A DNA stretch of 64,000 nucleotides from Azolla caroliniana. Lineage: Eukaryota; Plantae; Polypodiophyta. A program made the translations under genes and the position numbers. The stretch covers positions 13,640,001 to 13,704,000 of the forward strand of contig JBHGNT010000007.1 of assembly GCA_043228905.1 (NCBI GenBank), given 5' to 3'. Below are positions 27,253 to 40,704 of the stretch, in pieces. Under the pieces are notes generated by a model. That model did not search any database. It had not been told where the DNA came from and saw only the letters and a program-made list of their open reading frames with translations. Within the stretch, counting starts at the first letter, position 1, and each line of letters begins with the position of its first letter.

Positions 27253-29280
27253 TGTCACGTGTGGAACAAGAATCAACACTCTTCCTATGAAGATCTCAAT
27301 TAGGTAGCAAACAATAACCGATTTTGTGAGTAAAGGCAACCTAATCAAAGACAAGATCAAAGAGAATACAAGGAGAAGAGAGACACCAAGTAGGCATAAG
27401 ACAATGTAACTATATTATTATGTTAAATGTTACAATGGCACAGTACAACATGAACAACCACCCAACTAGGTTACAAGAGTCAGTTTAAATACCAACTGAA
27501 TTAGGGAAACTGCTTTTTCCACTATTTACATAAATAGCCTAAAACCTAGTATGTCCAAATAGGATAGTGTGAATACGTCCATTATTTCCCATATTCGACA
27601 CTCCTCTATAATGGGCGTATACAACAAAAATCTATAATAAAAAGAATAAACAAAAAATACAAATTTATACAAAGGGTTGTCCAACAAGTCGGCTTTTGTC
27701 CAAATCGGCAACATCCGGGAACAAAATGCCGGGTCGGCCAAGGCCGGAAGAGCTAAAGCCGAATCAACTAGTTCGAAAGGGAATCCCAATCGGAGAGTTT
27801 TAAGTCGAGTTAGCTATGCCAATTGCTGATTGTCTGAAACCATCTTGAATGTTCAACTTAATGAGACAGATTCTTCGTTATGCCCATTTAGTGCTGAAGG
27901 GATCATAATCGATCCACCAAAAGACACTTGGTCATTCCATTTGCGGCATTATCAGTTGTAGATATCTTCTCGAGGCCAATTTTTCTTGAAATGATGCAGT
28001 CCTGAATGAAGTGATATCTCACGTCTATATGCTTCGAGGCGTTGTGCTTAACTGGATTTCTTGACAAAACAATAGTGCCTTGACTATCGTTATAGACAAT
28101 TGGAGCCAAATTAGAGTCTGCTTGTTGAAACATGTGCGCTAGCCGACCAAGTCACAAGGCCTCTTTCGCCGCGTCGGACACGACTACATATTTGGCCTTG
28201 GTCGTTGATGTAGCAGTGCACTTTTGAAGTTTCAACTTCCATGAGGTTGCCCGATTGCCGAATTTAAAACAATATTCGATTGTCGATTTTCGACTGTCCA
28301 CACAACTGACAATGTCTAAGTTGGTATAACCGATTATGCCTGAAGTATCGTTCGGGCCGAAAAGGATGCCATTTAGGCCGAATAGGATGCCATAGTCTTT
28401 TGTGGCCACGAGATATCTGAACGCATGCTTTATTGCATTCCAATGCGATCAGCCGGGATTGTGCATAAATATGTTGACGACTCCTATGACATGGGCTAAG
28501 TCCGGTCGTGTTGCAACCATTGCATAAATTAAGGACTCGACTGCCGGTGCGTATGGCACCGACTTCATAATTTTCCCCTTCAGGCCGGATGTTGGACAGT
28601 CCTTCTGAGATAGCCAAAGGCTAATTGGGAGTGGGGTCAAAGCAAACTTTGTGGATTGCATGTTGATGCATTCAAAGGCACGTCCAATATAGTCGGCTTG
28701 AGACAAGAACCACTGTCATTAAATTCTGAAGCCGACTTATCTTCATTCCTAAAATGTGTCTTGCCGGACCGAGGTCCTACATGGTGAACTTCAACCGCAG
28801 TTGTCAAACTCGTTCGGCGAGCTCTTCGGCATGCTGACCGAAGAGCATGTCATCCACGTTAATGATGAGGAAGATGGGCGATCCATCTCGAGTTGTTTTG
28901 GTGAAGAGACAATGGTCCTCATTGCTCTTTGAGAAGTTGACCGATAGGATGAAGTCGTCGAACTTCTTGTACCACTGTTTGTGTGCTTGCTTCAGGCTAT
29001 ATATATTCTTCCCAAGTCGGAAGACTAGATGTTCCTGGCCGGGTACCATGAAACCTTTCGACTTCTCCATATAAATTTCCTCCTCTAGGTCGCCATGGAG
29101 GAATGCCATTTTTACATCTAGCTAAATCAACTCCAAATTCTCGGTTGCCACGATGCTGAGCATAAAGCGTAAGGTCATCATTTTCACCACTAATGAAAAG
29201 ATTTCGTCGAAGTCAATGCTGTATTCTTGTTGAAACCCATTCGCTACTAGTCTGGCCTTAAATTTGTCTGTAGAGGGACT
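27253..29280 (-). mobile_element. Ty1/copia 3' part: RT-RNase H and 3' LTR (27253-27600)
   Basis: AFLHGDLEEEIYM, YAMVATRPDLAH and KHIDVRYHFI on the minus strand; short purine tract AGAGGAG before TGTCGAA; LTR bounded by TGTC...GACA. Confidence 0.85.
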
Positions 29281-29894
29281 TTGTCAGTCGGCAAAATGCC
29301 GATGTGTTCAACTTGGATAGAAATCCGGGGGGTTGTACCATGTACACTTGTTCCTCAAGCTTGCCTTGAACAAATGCATTCTTTACATCCATTTGATGTA
29401 GATGCCACCCATTTGTCGCGGGTACCGCTAGTAAGACACGAATGATCGTTATCTTTGTGACTGGCGCAAAATTCTCATCATAATCGATGTCGTGTTGCTG
29501 CGTGTAGCCCTAGGCCACCGGTCGGATATTGTATCGGTTGACAAAGCCATCGGTGTTGTAATTTACCTTGTACACCCACCTGCATCTGATCAACTTCACA
29601 CCCTTGGGGGCGTCAATCAGGTCCCATGTCTCATTCTCTGCCAATGTGTGCATCTCTTCCTTCCATAGTGGCACGCCAATTCGTGTCCTTCACCGCTTTT
29701 GCGTAGCTCTCCGGCTCACGCATTTCTGCCACCTTCACCATATACGAATAATGATGCGCCATATAGACATTGTATCCATATCAGATTACAGGGTTCTTCT
29801 AGCACGTGGATTGGTGCAACTTCTGGTTGGCCGATTTCAGGGCCCTCTTTGCCGATTTTAACCTCATTTCGGGAGGTCCATCTTCACTCCTAGC

Positions 29895-30156
29895 TGTTAC
29901 CCGGTGGGACAAGTGTGAGAGGTGTGAAACGTATGAAAAGGAGCCGACCACTAACAACAGAACAAAGGAAGCCGAATATCAAGGAAGGAACGTGTGGAAA
30001 GCGCCGAGCACAAGGGAGCTATATATATCGGGATTAGCGAACACAGAAGAAGGGGATCTAGAGAACTACGATAGGAATAGATTAATAGAAAGTGAGTGAG
30101 TGTTTATTGAATATACTTGGTACTTGTATCTATACCTGTATGCTACATTTAATCAG

Positions 30157-30187
<31 letters not shown>

Positions 30188-30507
30188 GGGTGACTTCCAT
30201 GTTCTGTTTTCATCTCTGTTCTCGTTATACATATAGATCTATATAGCGTTCAATTTGAGTTAAGGACGTGTATACAAATCATTTGTAGTTGTTTCTGTAA
30301 CGTATCCTTCTTGTTTCCCAATCGTGATCCTACCCCAAGTGGGACAGTCTGAATAACAAACACGGGCCCCAGGAAGTCATACTCCTCGTACGACCTGGTT
30401 AACGATCTCGGTAGGATGTCTTGGCCTCGACTCTCCTTTGCACTACAATACCTTGACCCGATTACTCAAGAGGAGTAAGTGAAGGTGTTCTCCATGAGGG
30501 AGAAACA
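29895..30507 (+). mobile_element. Solo LTR (613 bp), TGTTACC lineage
   Basis: TGTTACCC...AGAAACA with TSD CTAGC/CTGGC; flanking copia sequence rejoins; internal (TA)n at about 30156-30185. Confidence 0.85.
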
Positions 30508-30937
30508 CTGGCCACTTTGGATTCACTCCGATCCGATGCACTAGACTCGGTGCCGTACTCTAGCATCTTCATCTTCCCCTTCTCTTTGTGCGTAAACCGC
30601 GTCCTCGGTTTTTGACGGAGGTGACTACACGGCCGAGTCTCCACTACTCACCGGTCTTCATCCAACTAGTCATTCCGACTCAACCTCGGCCCACTTAGCC
30701 GAAATGAAATCAAACTCTCCTCAAGAGTACCGATATCTTCCTCAACCAGACGATTGACCTCATTGACCTCATGCTCAAAATTCGGAGCAGAGTTAATAGG
30801 GGTTGGAGGTGGAGGCAAGTATGACGAAGCCGACTTGTTGAATATGACATCTCGACTGATTGATACTTGTTTCGTTTCGGGGTTATAACACTTATAACCC
30901 TTCTGATCGTCCAAGTAACCAACCAAGATACACTTCT

Positions 30938-33900
30938 TGTTAAGGATTAGGTAATTAATTAAGGAATAATTATTACCTAATTATGTGATTACGTAGCGGA
31001 AGATTAAGTGGTATGTGCGTGTATGTGTGCGTGAGAGGAAGAGAGAGAGAAGTACACTTATGAACACAAAAACAAGATGGGGGATGATAAAGTATATTAA
31101 AAGGTAAATATCATCAACTATCATCAAATACAAAAATACCTTCAATGAGGTATATATAGGTTTCATGTGCAAGTTGAGCTTGATCTCTCAACACACCCCC
31201 TCAAGCTCAAGTGTGAGGCGTCCGACATCTGGCGTTGTTTGACTTTCAATGTCGGCTTCTGTGCGGCTTCCGTCCGGCCTTCGGCTTTGTTCGCCGTGGC
31301 AATCTCGAGTCCTCCCCCTCAAGCCGGCGACGAAGGCTTGTAGCGTGTGGGTGAAGGTCGACTACTTCCACCCATCGTGGGTTACGAGCTGCTTCGGTGG
31401 AGCTCTTGGACTCTTGTTCGGCCGCTACCTTCATTGTGAAGGCATAATGATGGGCCATATACTCGTTGTAGCCGAGCCGCATGATGGGGTTCTTAGCTCT
31501 AGATGAGCGTCGAAGTTTTTCGCTCGCCGATGTGAGCGCCTTCTTTACTCCAGGTGTACGCATGATGGGTACACCGAACTCACTGTCTAGTGAGGGAGCT
31601 GATCCATCCGAATCATTGTCGTCAGGGTGGTTGACTTCATATTCGGGCATCTTACCTTTGCCTTTGTCCAAGTTCGTACTTGGCCGCGACGTGCTTGTAC
31701 ACCTTCTTCTCGGACGAGTATCCTATGAGGATACATTTCTTCAACTTCGCGTCGGGCTTCTGTCGTTGTTTGTTTAGGATGCGTACATTCACAATGCTTT
31801 TGAACACTTTGAGATGCGACAGGATTGGCTTCCTTCCAATGAGGAGCTCGTATGGAGTTAGCTCATGAACTCCATTGGTGGTGCATCGATTCATGAGATA
31901 GACGGCCGTGGATGCCGCTTTGGCCCAATAGAAATTCGGCATGTGCTTCTCATGCATCATGGCGCATGCTACCTCGAGTATTTGCTGATTTTTCCTTTTG
32001 GTGACTCCATTTTGTTGGGGTGTGTGTCGGCATGAGAATTCTCTCCGAATGCCTTCACTTTGGAGGTAGGAGGTGAACTCGTCGGAGAAGTACTCCTTTC
32101 CTCCATCCGATCGTAGGCATCGAATGTGCCGACCGGTTTCTTTTTCGACTTGCCCCTTGAGCTTTTGGAAGTGGGAGAACACTTCGCTCTTCTTCTTCAT
32201 TGGGTAGATCCACGCGTAGCGCGAGTAGTCGTCGACGAAGGTTACGTAGTATCGGCATCCGCCGATTGTCGGCGTTTGAGCAGGTCCCCATACATCCGAG
32301 TGTATGATGTCGAGGAGGCCTTTGCTTGCGGAGCTCTCCTTCGGGAATGGGAGTCGATGTTGTTTGCCGAGTTGACATGCTTCGCATATTCGGTCGACTC
32401 GAATGTCGGAAGTTCGATGACGACTCCCTTTGTTTGCATAGCTTGGAGCCGTTGGAGGTTGATGTGGCCGATTCTTTTGTGCCAGAACTCGATGTTCATC
32501 TCGTTTTTGAGACCTTTAGCGTACATTGCCGATTTCCCCTCATTCGAATCGAGGATAAACATTCAGCCTTCTCTCCACCCCTTAGCTACGACTCAACCAT
32601 CTTTCTCGATGAAGCATCCTTCTTTGGTGAAGCGGACTTGCATGCCTTGCTCCACGATTTGGCCGACCGAGACCAAATTCTTTGTTATTGTGGGCACGTG
32701 CAAGACATTCTTGATGCAAGTTTGCTCGCCTTCTTTCCCGAATGGGACATTGCCGATGTGCCAAATGGGATGCGTGGTGTTGTCTCCCGTCTCTATAAAG
32801 CCGGGTCGATCCAGCGCTCGTAAATCGCGAAACCACTCTTTGAGGGATGTCATGTGATGTGATGCGCTGGAATCTATGAACCACACGTCTTTCGGATTGG
32901 AGATGCTTGCGGAGTCGGAGGCCGTCATAGAGTTCGCTCTATGCCGCATTACGAATAGTCCGCCGTAATCCTCGTATTCGGAGTTGTTGGCGTAGTTTGT
33001 GAGTTGTCGGCTTGTCGATGCCGACTCGCTTCTTTTCTTTCAACACTCCGCCTCATAGTGGCCGATTTTGCCGCAATAATTGCAAGTTGCGGGCCTCGTT
33101 TGCCAACCTTGTTCGGCTTGGAAGCTCCCCCTTCTTTCGAAGATTCCTCGATGGCTTCCTCTTCTACCGCCACGACCTCTTCCATGACCACCATCCGAAT
33201 TCGAGAAGAACATTTGTCCTTCCGGTGCCTTGCTTTTGGTTCAGACGTGGTTTTCTTCGACCAATAACATCGATTGGAGGTCGAAGAACGAAGGAGGGTT
33301 TTCTCCCGCCAAGATTGCCGTCCGTAGTGGATCAAATCGTTGTGCGAGGCCACCCAAGCATACTTGAACCATCTCGTCTTTGTCGACGTTTATGTTGATG
33401 GAGCCAAGAGAGTCACAAATGCTATTGATTTTGGCGGTGTAGTCTGACACAAACATGTCTTTTTGCCGAATGTTATTTAACTCTTGCCGGAGTTGAAGTT
33501 TGCAGGCGGTCGTGTTGGCGGCAGACATTTTCTTTAAGTTCTCCCACGCCTCTTTAGGCGTCTTGGTGTCTCGAATGTGGCTAAGCATATGGTCGTGGAC
33601 ACATGTTGCCAAGCAATACATTACCCGAATTGCTCCTTGCTCCCACGTTGGGTAGTTGGCATTTGTGTTGTTGGGCTTGTTCTCGAGTGCGCCATTGATG
33701 TAGCTCCAATACCCTTGGCCGACGAGGTATTGGGTCATCTTGTACTCCCAAGATGAATAATTGCTCCAGTCTAGCTTTTCGCTAGGGAGCGAGCTACCCA
33801 TTTGTGTATTCATGTTGTTTTGTGTCTTCCTTTTTGGCTCTTCTTTCTTCGATCATGTACTTGTGCTACGTAGCAGCACTATGGTAGCTGATAACTGGAT

Positions 33901-34425
33901 TTTGTCGTCGGCGTCTCGAACACACAATCACGGAGTCGGGTGGGCTGAGTGGATTTTCTAAACCACACGCTCTGATACCATGTTAAGGATTAGGTAATTA
34001 ATTAAGGAATAATTATTACCTAATTATGTGATTACGTAGCGGAAGATTAGGTGATATGTGCGTGTATGTGTGCATGAGAGGAAGAGAGAGAGAAGTACAC
34101 TTATGAACACAAAAACAAGATGGGGGATGATAAAGTATATTAAAAGGCAAATATCATCAACTATCATCAAATACAAAAATACCTTCAATGAGGTATATAT
34201 AGGTTTCATGTGCAAGGGTGCACATGTGCTAGGAGAATATAGGTACAACGTGTAAGTCCTATATTAAATGAGCACGGAGTGGTGGATCTACAATGCATCC
34301 CAGTCGAGTACAAAATCCTATTTAAGGCTTTACGGTCAACACACTAACTAGATTCTATCTAGGTAACTACTAAGTTACATGTGTTGACTAACTAACTCAA
34401 CTAAGTTGAGCTTGATCTCTCAACA
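30938..34425 (-). mobile_element. Two-LTR Ty1/copia element lacking RT/RNase H
   Basis: Perfect TSD CTTCT (30933-30937, 34426-34430); 5' LTR 33981-34425; PBS TGGTATCAGAGC; gag-PR-INT; PPT TGAGGGGGTG; 3' LTR 30938-31193. Confidence 0.95.
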
Positions 34426-36502
34426 CTTCTCGACTTTGGCATCTAGCTTCCTCCACTTCTCCTTCGGCACATGCACATATGAGATGCAACCGAACACCCT
34501 CAAGTGTGCCAAGTTAGGCTTCTTTCCGAAGTACAACCCTTGTGGCAAGACTTTTCCTCCATCTATAGATGTTTGATTCTGTAGGTAAATGGCAGTTCGA
34601 ATCTCTTTGGCCTAGTAGAACTTCGACATATGCTTCTCCTCAAGCACTGCCCGTGCCACTTCCACTATCGTCTGATTCTTCCGCTCGGCCATGTCGTTCT
34701 ATTGCGGCATGTATTTGCAAGAGAATTCTCGTTGAATTCCCTCCTTCTGCAGATAACTAGAGAACTGGTTGGAAAAGTACTCCTTCCCGCCATCGGACCT
34801 GAGGCACTTGATCTTTCTTCCTGTCTCCCGCTCAACAAGGCTCTTGACCTTCAAAAAACAGGAGAAGACTTCACTCTTCTTCTTGATCAAGCACGCCCAA
34901 GTGTGCCGAGTGAAGTCATCGATGAAGGTTACGAAGTAACGACTTCCACCGATGCTCATGTTCTGTGCCGATTCCTAAAGATCCGAATGGATTAAATCGA
35001 GCTTATTTTGTCTCCAATTTTGCTCATTCGGGAATGGAAGCCAAAGTTGCTTCCCTAATTGGCAGGCTTCACAGACTTGGCCGTTCCGGTCACTGAATTT
35101 CGGCAATCCGAAAACAATGTTCTTCGTCTATATTTCTTGAAGCCACGGGAAGTTGACGTGGCCGAATTGTGTATGCCAAAGGTGGATGTTGGACTCGACC
35201 TTTTGCCCTTCGGCGAACATTGCGATGCCTACATCGTTCATGTCGAGGATAAACATCCTTCCTTCTCAACATCCTTGCGCAATAATCTTTCCTTCTTCCT
35301 CTATGATGCACGGAGATGGGTAAATCAAACTTGCATGCCATGATCGACAATTTGTCTGAACGACACCAAGTTATTGGTGATTGTCGGCACATGCAAGAAA
35401 TTTCTCATGATTCCTCTTTGACCGACATGGCTCAAAGGGACATCTCCGATATGTTCGATGGGGTGAGGGGTGTCATTGCCAGTTTCGATGACCCGCGGCT
35501 ATTGTGGCTATTTCGTCACGTGGTTGGAAGCTCCAAAATCCACATACCACACGTTGTTTGATTTCGAGTTGCTCATCGCCATCAAGGTGGCTTTCTGCTT
35601 CATTATGAAGGCTAGGCCCGTTTTGGCTCGCCCTGAGCCTTCAGCGTAGTGTGATCTTTGACGCCTATCTACGTCACCTCAGCTCAATCCGTCTTGGTCC
35701 GAATCAACGTGCTTCTTCCAACACTCACTCTCTTTGTGGCCCTTCTAGCCACAGTACCAACAGTCCGCCCTTCCAGCATCGCCTTGACTCCCCATGCTCG
35801 TGGAGGGTCCGGAACTGTTGTCCACATTTTGATTATGCCTCGAATTCTGCTCCTATCGGCCCGCCTCTATTGCGTGCTTACCCACCTCGTCCACCACGAC
35901 CACGGGACCAATCTGCCTCCGTGTACAACATCTTGTTGTCGGCATGCATACTCGTCGACGCACCCGTGTGATTCTCCTCTACAAGGAGCATCAATTGTAA
36001 GTCGAAAAATGACAGATGTTTTTCTCTCGCGTAGATAGCCGTCTGAATCGGCCCGAATTTCTAAGCTAATCCACCGAGGCAGATTTGCACCATCTCGTCT
36101 TCGTCCACAGTAACACTGATGGACCCAAGTGCATCACAAATCTCCATGATCTTTGTGGTGTAGTCAGTTACAGACATACCTCCTTCGGTTGGCGGCAAAT
36201 TAAGGGTTGTGGTGTTGGCGGCAAATACTCTCTTCAGCTAGCATCCTTCGGCAACTTCGCGTCTCTTATGTACCTGAGCATCTGGTCATGGACAAACTAG
36301 GCAAGGCAGTACAGGACTCGACTTGTTGCTTGCTCCCAAGATGGGAAGTCTATACATGTGTTGGCTCTGGTGGTACTTTGTTTGCTCCTTTGACGTAACT
36401 ACAGTATCCGTGCCCAAGCAGGTACTGGTGCATCTTGTAGGACCAAGATGTGTAGTTGCTCCTATCGAGCTTTTTTGTAAGAAGTGAGCTTCTCATTCCT
36501 CT

Positions 36503-39500
36503 TGTAAAAGAATACCTGTGGAAGCTAAACAAATACAACTGGGTAACAACAGACGAAGACAAAGAAGATGAGGAAGGTTTAATGGAAAGCTTAATCATCA
36601 CAACGTACGTGGGAGAGATAAAGAGAGTAGAACATAGAAAACTCAATTCCAAAACAATACTCTAAATCTCTGTACATAGGATGTGCTTAGAGAGCACTTT
36701 TATACAAGTCCATACAGACTGACAGAAGTACTGACATGTACTACAATGCTCATCAATGAGCCTCTACACTAACTCCCAAAATATATTCCTCTGTGGAATA
36801 TCTGTCAAACGGCCTCCTGGTTTACGCACCGCTACGACCTCTCGTTGCCCACCCGATTTACGCACCTAGTCTAGGCATTGGTTTACATACCCAATGTTGA
36901 GCTCGTATCTCAACACTCCCCCTCAAGCTCAACTTGAGGTTCTGCCTGCTCTTCCGAATCTTTGCTCCAGCTTCTCCTGGCTTCATGCCTTGCTCACGCT
37001 CCTCGGCCCGTTAGATTCCGTGCGCCTCAACCCTTTCAGTCAGCTTGTCTGCTCATGCGGCCTTTCTCAGCTCCTTTGCTATCATGGTGTTGGTGCCTCT
37101 TCTGTTTCTCTTTCCTCCGCTTGGCCTTCAATTGATTTGGCATCTCCGAATCGAACATTCGAACCGAATCGGCTGTCTCCGATTCGTTTCCACTCTGGCC
37201 TGAAATGGTTGTCTCCAATTCGTCTTCTGTCTTCAGGCCCTTAACCACATCAGACCAAGTCTTGGTCTTGGCCTTCTTGGCTTCAACTCCCCCTTGTTCG
37301 GCTGACTCCAACTCTTCCCTTTGGTTGATGCCCTTGTTTCCACCTTCGGCTTCTTTAGCCGACCCGAAATTGAATTCTTCATCCGACTCAGCTTCGTTGT
37401 CACTTCCGCTCCTTTCCCACTCCCTTTCATGGTCTTTTCTCCCCCCCAAGTTCGGCACGTCGAGGTGCCACAAACCAAGCACACCCAAGAATACTAGTTG
37501 GTCCACGTCCACCTTGCCGGATGAACAATGAAGAGTCCGATTTGGATGTCGCAAACCCCATCCAACGCAGGCGTTGCTTGATCTTCGTGTTCCACGTGCG
37601 CGGGGCTTGTTTTAGTCTGTAGAGGGACTTCTTTAGTCCGCATACCGCGGAGGTGTTCTTTCCGGACTGAAATTCGGGGGGTTGTACCATGTACACCTAT
37701 TCCTCAAGTTCTCCTTGCAGGAATGCATTCTTTACATCCATCTTCAAATGTAAATGCCACCCCTTTACCACGGCTATTGGAAGCAGGACGCAAACGGTTG
37801 TAATCTTCGCGACAGGTGCAAAGGTCTCATCATAGTCGATGCCATGTTGTTGTGCGTAACACTACGCCACTAAACGGGCCTTGTAGTGGTTGATAGAGTC
37901 GTCAGTGTTGTACTTGACCTTGTACACCCACCTGCATCCAATTGGCTTTACACCCTTTGGAGCGTCAACTAGGTTCCATGTTTCATTTTCCACTAATGCG
38001 TGCATCTCTTCCTCCATTGCAACACGCCAAGTTGTGTCCTTCACCGCTTCTACATATATCTCCGGCTCACGCACTTTCTCCACTCGCGTCATGTACGCAG
38101 AATGATGCGCCATGTACTCGTTGTATCCGAACCGCACTACGGGGTTCTTTTGGTAGGTAGATCGACATAATTGCTCATTAGCAAATTTTGAGGCCCTCTT
38201 GGCCGATGCGGACTTCATTTCTGAAGGTTTGTCTTCATTATTCTCTGAGTCAGATTCACTTAGATCTGACTCGTCTTTATCAGTGCCGTACTCCGACATC
38301 TTTGTCTTTCCCTTCTCCTTGCGCATAAGCCGTCTCCTCGACTTCTGGCGTGGGGATTGCACGACTGAGTCTCCACTACTTGCTGGCTCTACGTATGACT
38401 GGTCATGCCGACTCAGTCGCTCATTCAACCCACTTAGCCTGAATGAGATCAGACTCTCTTAAGGAGCTTTGATTTCTCCTTCGTCTCGAGGCATTTTAGC
38501 ATCGTTGACCTCTTCATCAGAGTGTTGTCCGCCGGAATAGTAACCGATGGACAAGAGCGCAGTAATATGGAATAGAGTAATATTGTAAAGCATGTAAACG
38601 GTTTACGCGGGAAGCGTGAACGGCTAAAAGACCCTGCGTATATAAAGGGCAGAAAACCTCTGATAGAGGTAGCGTGTAATTTTGAATGTAAAAGGCGTAT
38701 CTTAATAGAGTTCTATCTTCTCTGATATCTGTCCGTATCTGTGGTTAATCTACGGTGTGTCTGTAATCCTTGATGGCATAGCATAGTCGTAAGAGCGTAG
38801 GCGTGATTAACAGTGTGTGTGTTAGCCCACTGTCTAAGGAGCTCGGTTGTAGCCGTCTCCCTTATACGCTGCTAGGTTACGGGAGGTATCCTACTAAGTA
38901 TTACGCACAGATGTTACCATTCGTTGTCACACTATCACTTTAAGGTCCAGGTCGAAGGATTGACCATAGACCGTGTTCCTAATCGGTAACATAGAGATTG
39001 AAATGGAGTAGTTTGGGGCGTCCAACTTCTTCCGTTTCTCCTTCGGCACATGCAAATACGCGATGCTATCGAAAACCCTCAAGTGTGCCAAGTTCGGCTT
39101 CTTCTTGAAGTACAACTCATGTGGCGACACTCCTCCATTGGTAGATGCCCGATTTTGGAGGTAGATGGCTGTTCTGATCGCTTCGGCCCAATAGAACTTC
39201 GGCAAATGCTTCTCTTCAAGCATTGCCCTTGCCGCCTCCTCTATCATCCGATTCTTCCTCTCGGCCACGCTGTTCTGCTGCGGCGTGTATCTACACGAGA
39301 ATTCGTGTCAAATTCCCTCCTTCTGTAGATAACTCAAGAACTGGTCAGAGAAGTACTTCTTCCCGCCATCAGACCTTAGGCAGTTGATCTTTCACCCAAT
39401 TTCCCTTTCCGCCTGGCTCTTCACTTTCAGGAAACACGCGAAGACTTCGCTCTTTTTCGCGTTCAAGTACGCCCAAGTGTGCCGAGTGAAGTCATCGATG

Positions 39501-40704
39501 AAGGTTATGAAGTAACGACTTCCTTCGATGCTCACGTTCTGTGCTGGTCCGCATACATCCAAATGGATCACATGGAGTGTATTTCGACTCCAATTACGCT
39601 CGTTGGGGAATGGAAGTTGGTGTTGCTTCCCAAGCTGGCAGGCTTCGCAGACTTGACCGTTCCGGCCACTAAATTTCGGCAATCTGAAAACAATGTTCTT
39701 CATCTACATTTCATGAAGCTGCGGGAAGTTAACATGGCCAAACCGCTTGTGCCAGAGGTCGATGCCCGCCTCAACCTTTTGCCCTTTCACGACTAGCGCA
39801 GTTCCAACCTCATTGGTGGTGAGGATGAACATCCTCCCTTCTCGACTCCCTTGCGCAATGACTTTGCTCTCTTCTTCGATGTAGCAACCAAGATGTGTGA
39901 ATCGAACTTGCATCCCTTGGTCGAAGATCTGTCCGACCGACACCAGGTTCTTGGTTATTGTCGAGACGTGTAGAACGTTCATGAGTTTCCCTTTCTGGCC
40001 GACGTGGCTGAGGGGAACTTCTCCGACATGTTCGATGATATGCAGAGTGTCCTCTCTAGTTTCGACCACTCCTTGTTTTTCCGGTTTCTCCAAGTATGAG
40101 AACCATTCCTCGTGACTCGTCATATGATTTGACGGTCCAGAGTCTACATACCACAACTTGTTTGGTTTCGAGGCGTTCACCGCCATCGAGTTGGTTGTGC
40201 TTCATTACGAAGGCTTGGCCCGATCCATTTTTCGGCTCGTTCGAAGTCCTCGGCGTAGTGCAATTGCTGTCGATTTCCTTGTTCGGTTCGCTCGGATCCG
40301 GATGCAGTTTTCTCCGAATCGGCATGTTTCTTCCAACACTCGCTCTCCCTGTGACCTTTCTCGCCACAGTACCAACATTCCGCGGTGGGTTTTCCTTGCC
40401 GGTTTCCGGCGCCACCTCGACTCCCCCTACTTCTAGAGGGTCTGAAACTACTGTTGGCATTACGACCATGCCTTCCATCTTGCTCTTGTTGGTTGTCTCC
40501 ATTGCGTGACGACTTGCCTCGTCCACCACGACCATGGGGCCTATCGTCCTCCGTGTACAACATCCTGTTGTCGGCATGCGTACTTGTTGACACACCCACG
40601 TGGTTTTCCTTTACTATGAGCATCAACTGTAAGTCGAAAAATGATGGCGTATTCTCCCTCGTACAGACCGCAATTCGGAAAGCTCTGAATTTCGATGCTA
40701 ACTC
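36503..40704 (-). mobile_element. Ty1/copia: gag C-terminus, PR, INT, partial RT, PPT and LTR (36503-36915)
   Basis: CWYCGEKGHRESEC, WYVDSGPSNHMT, CEACQLGK, IGCRWVYKVK...YKARLVA; PPT TTGAGGGGGAG before TGTTGAGA. Confidence 0.9.
38523..38991 (+). mobile_element. Solo LTR (469 bp)
   Basis: TGTTG...GGTAACA, TSD CAGAG/TAGAG, TATATAAA at 38639; homologous to the minus-strand LTR 56612-57070. Confidence 0.85.

Larger units (their letters stand above)
29300..36502 (-). mobile_element. Ty1/copia internal region (gag 36480 to RT 29300), host to two nested insertions
   Basis: gag KLDRSNYTSWSYKMHQYLLGHGY; INT YFVTFIDDFTRHTW and CLRSDGGKEYF; RT start at 29300-29890. The sequence rejoins across the inserts at 29895-30507 and 30938-34425. 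Confidence 0.88.
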
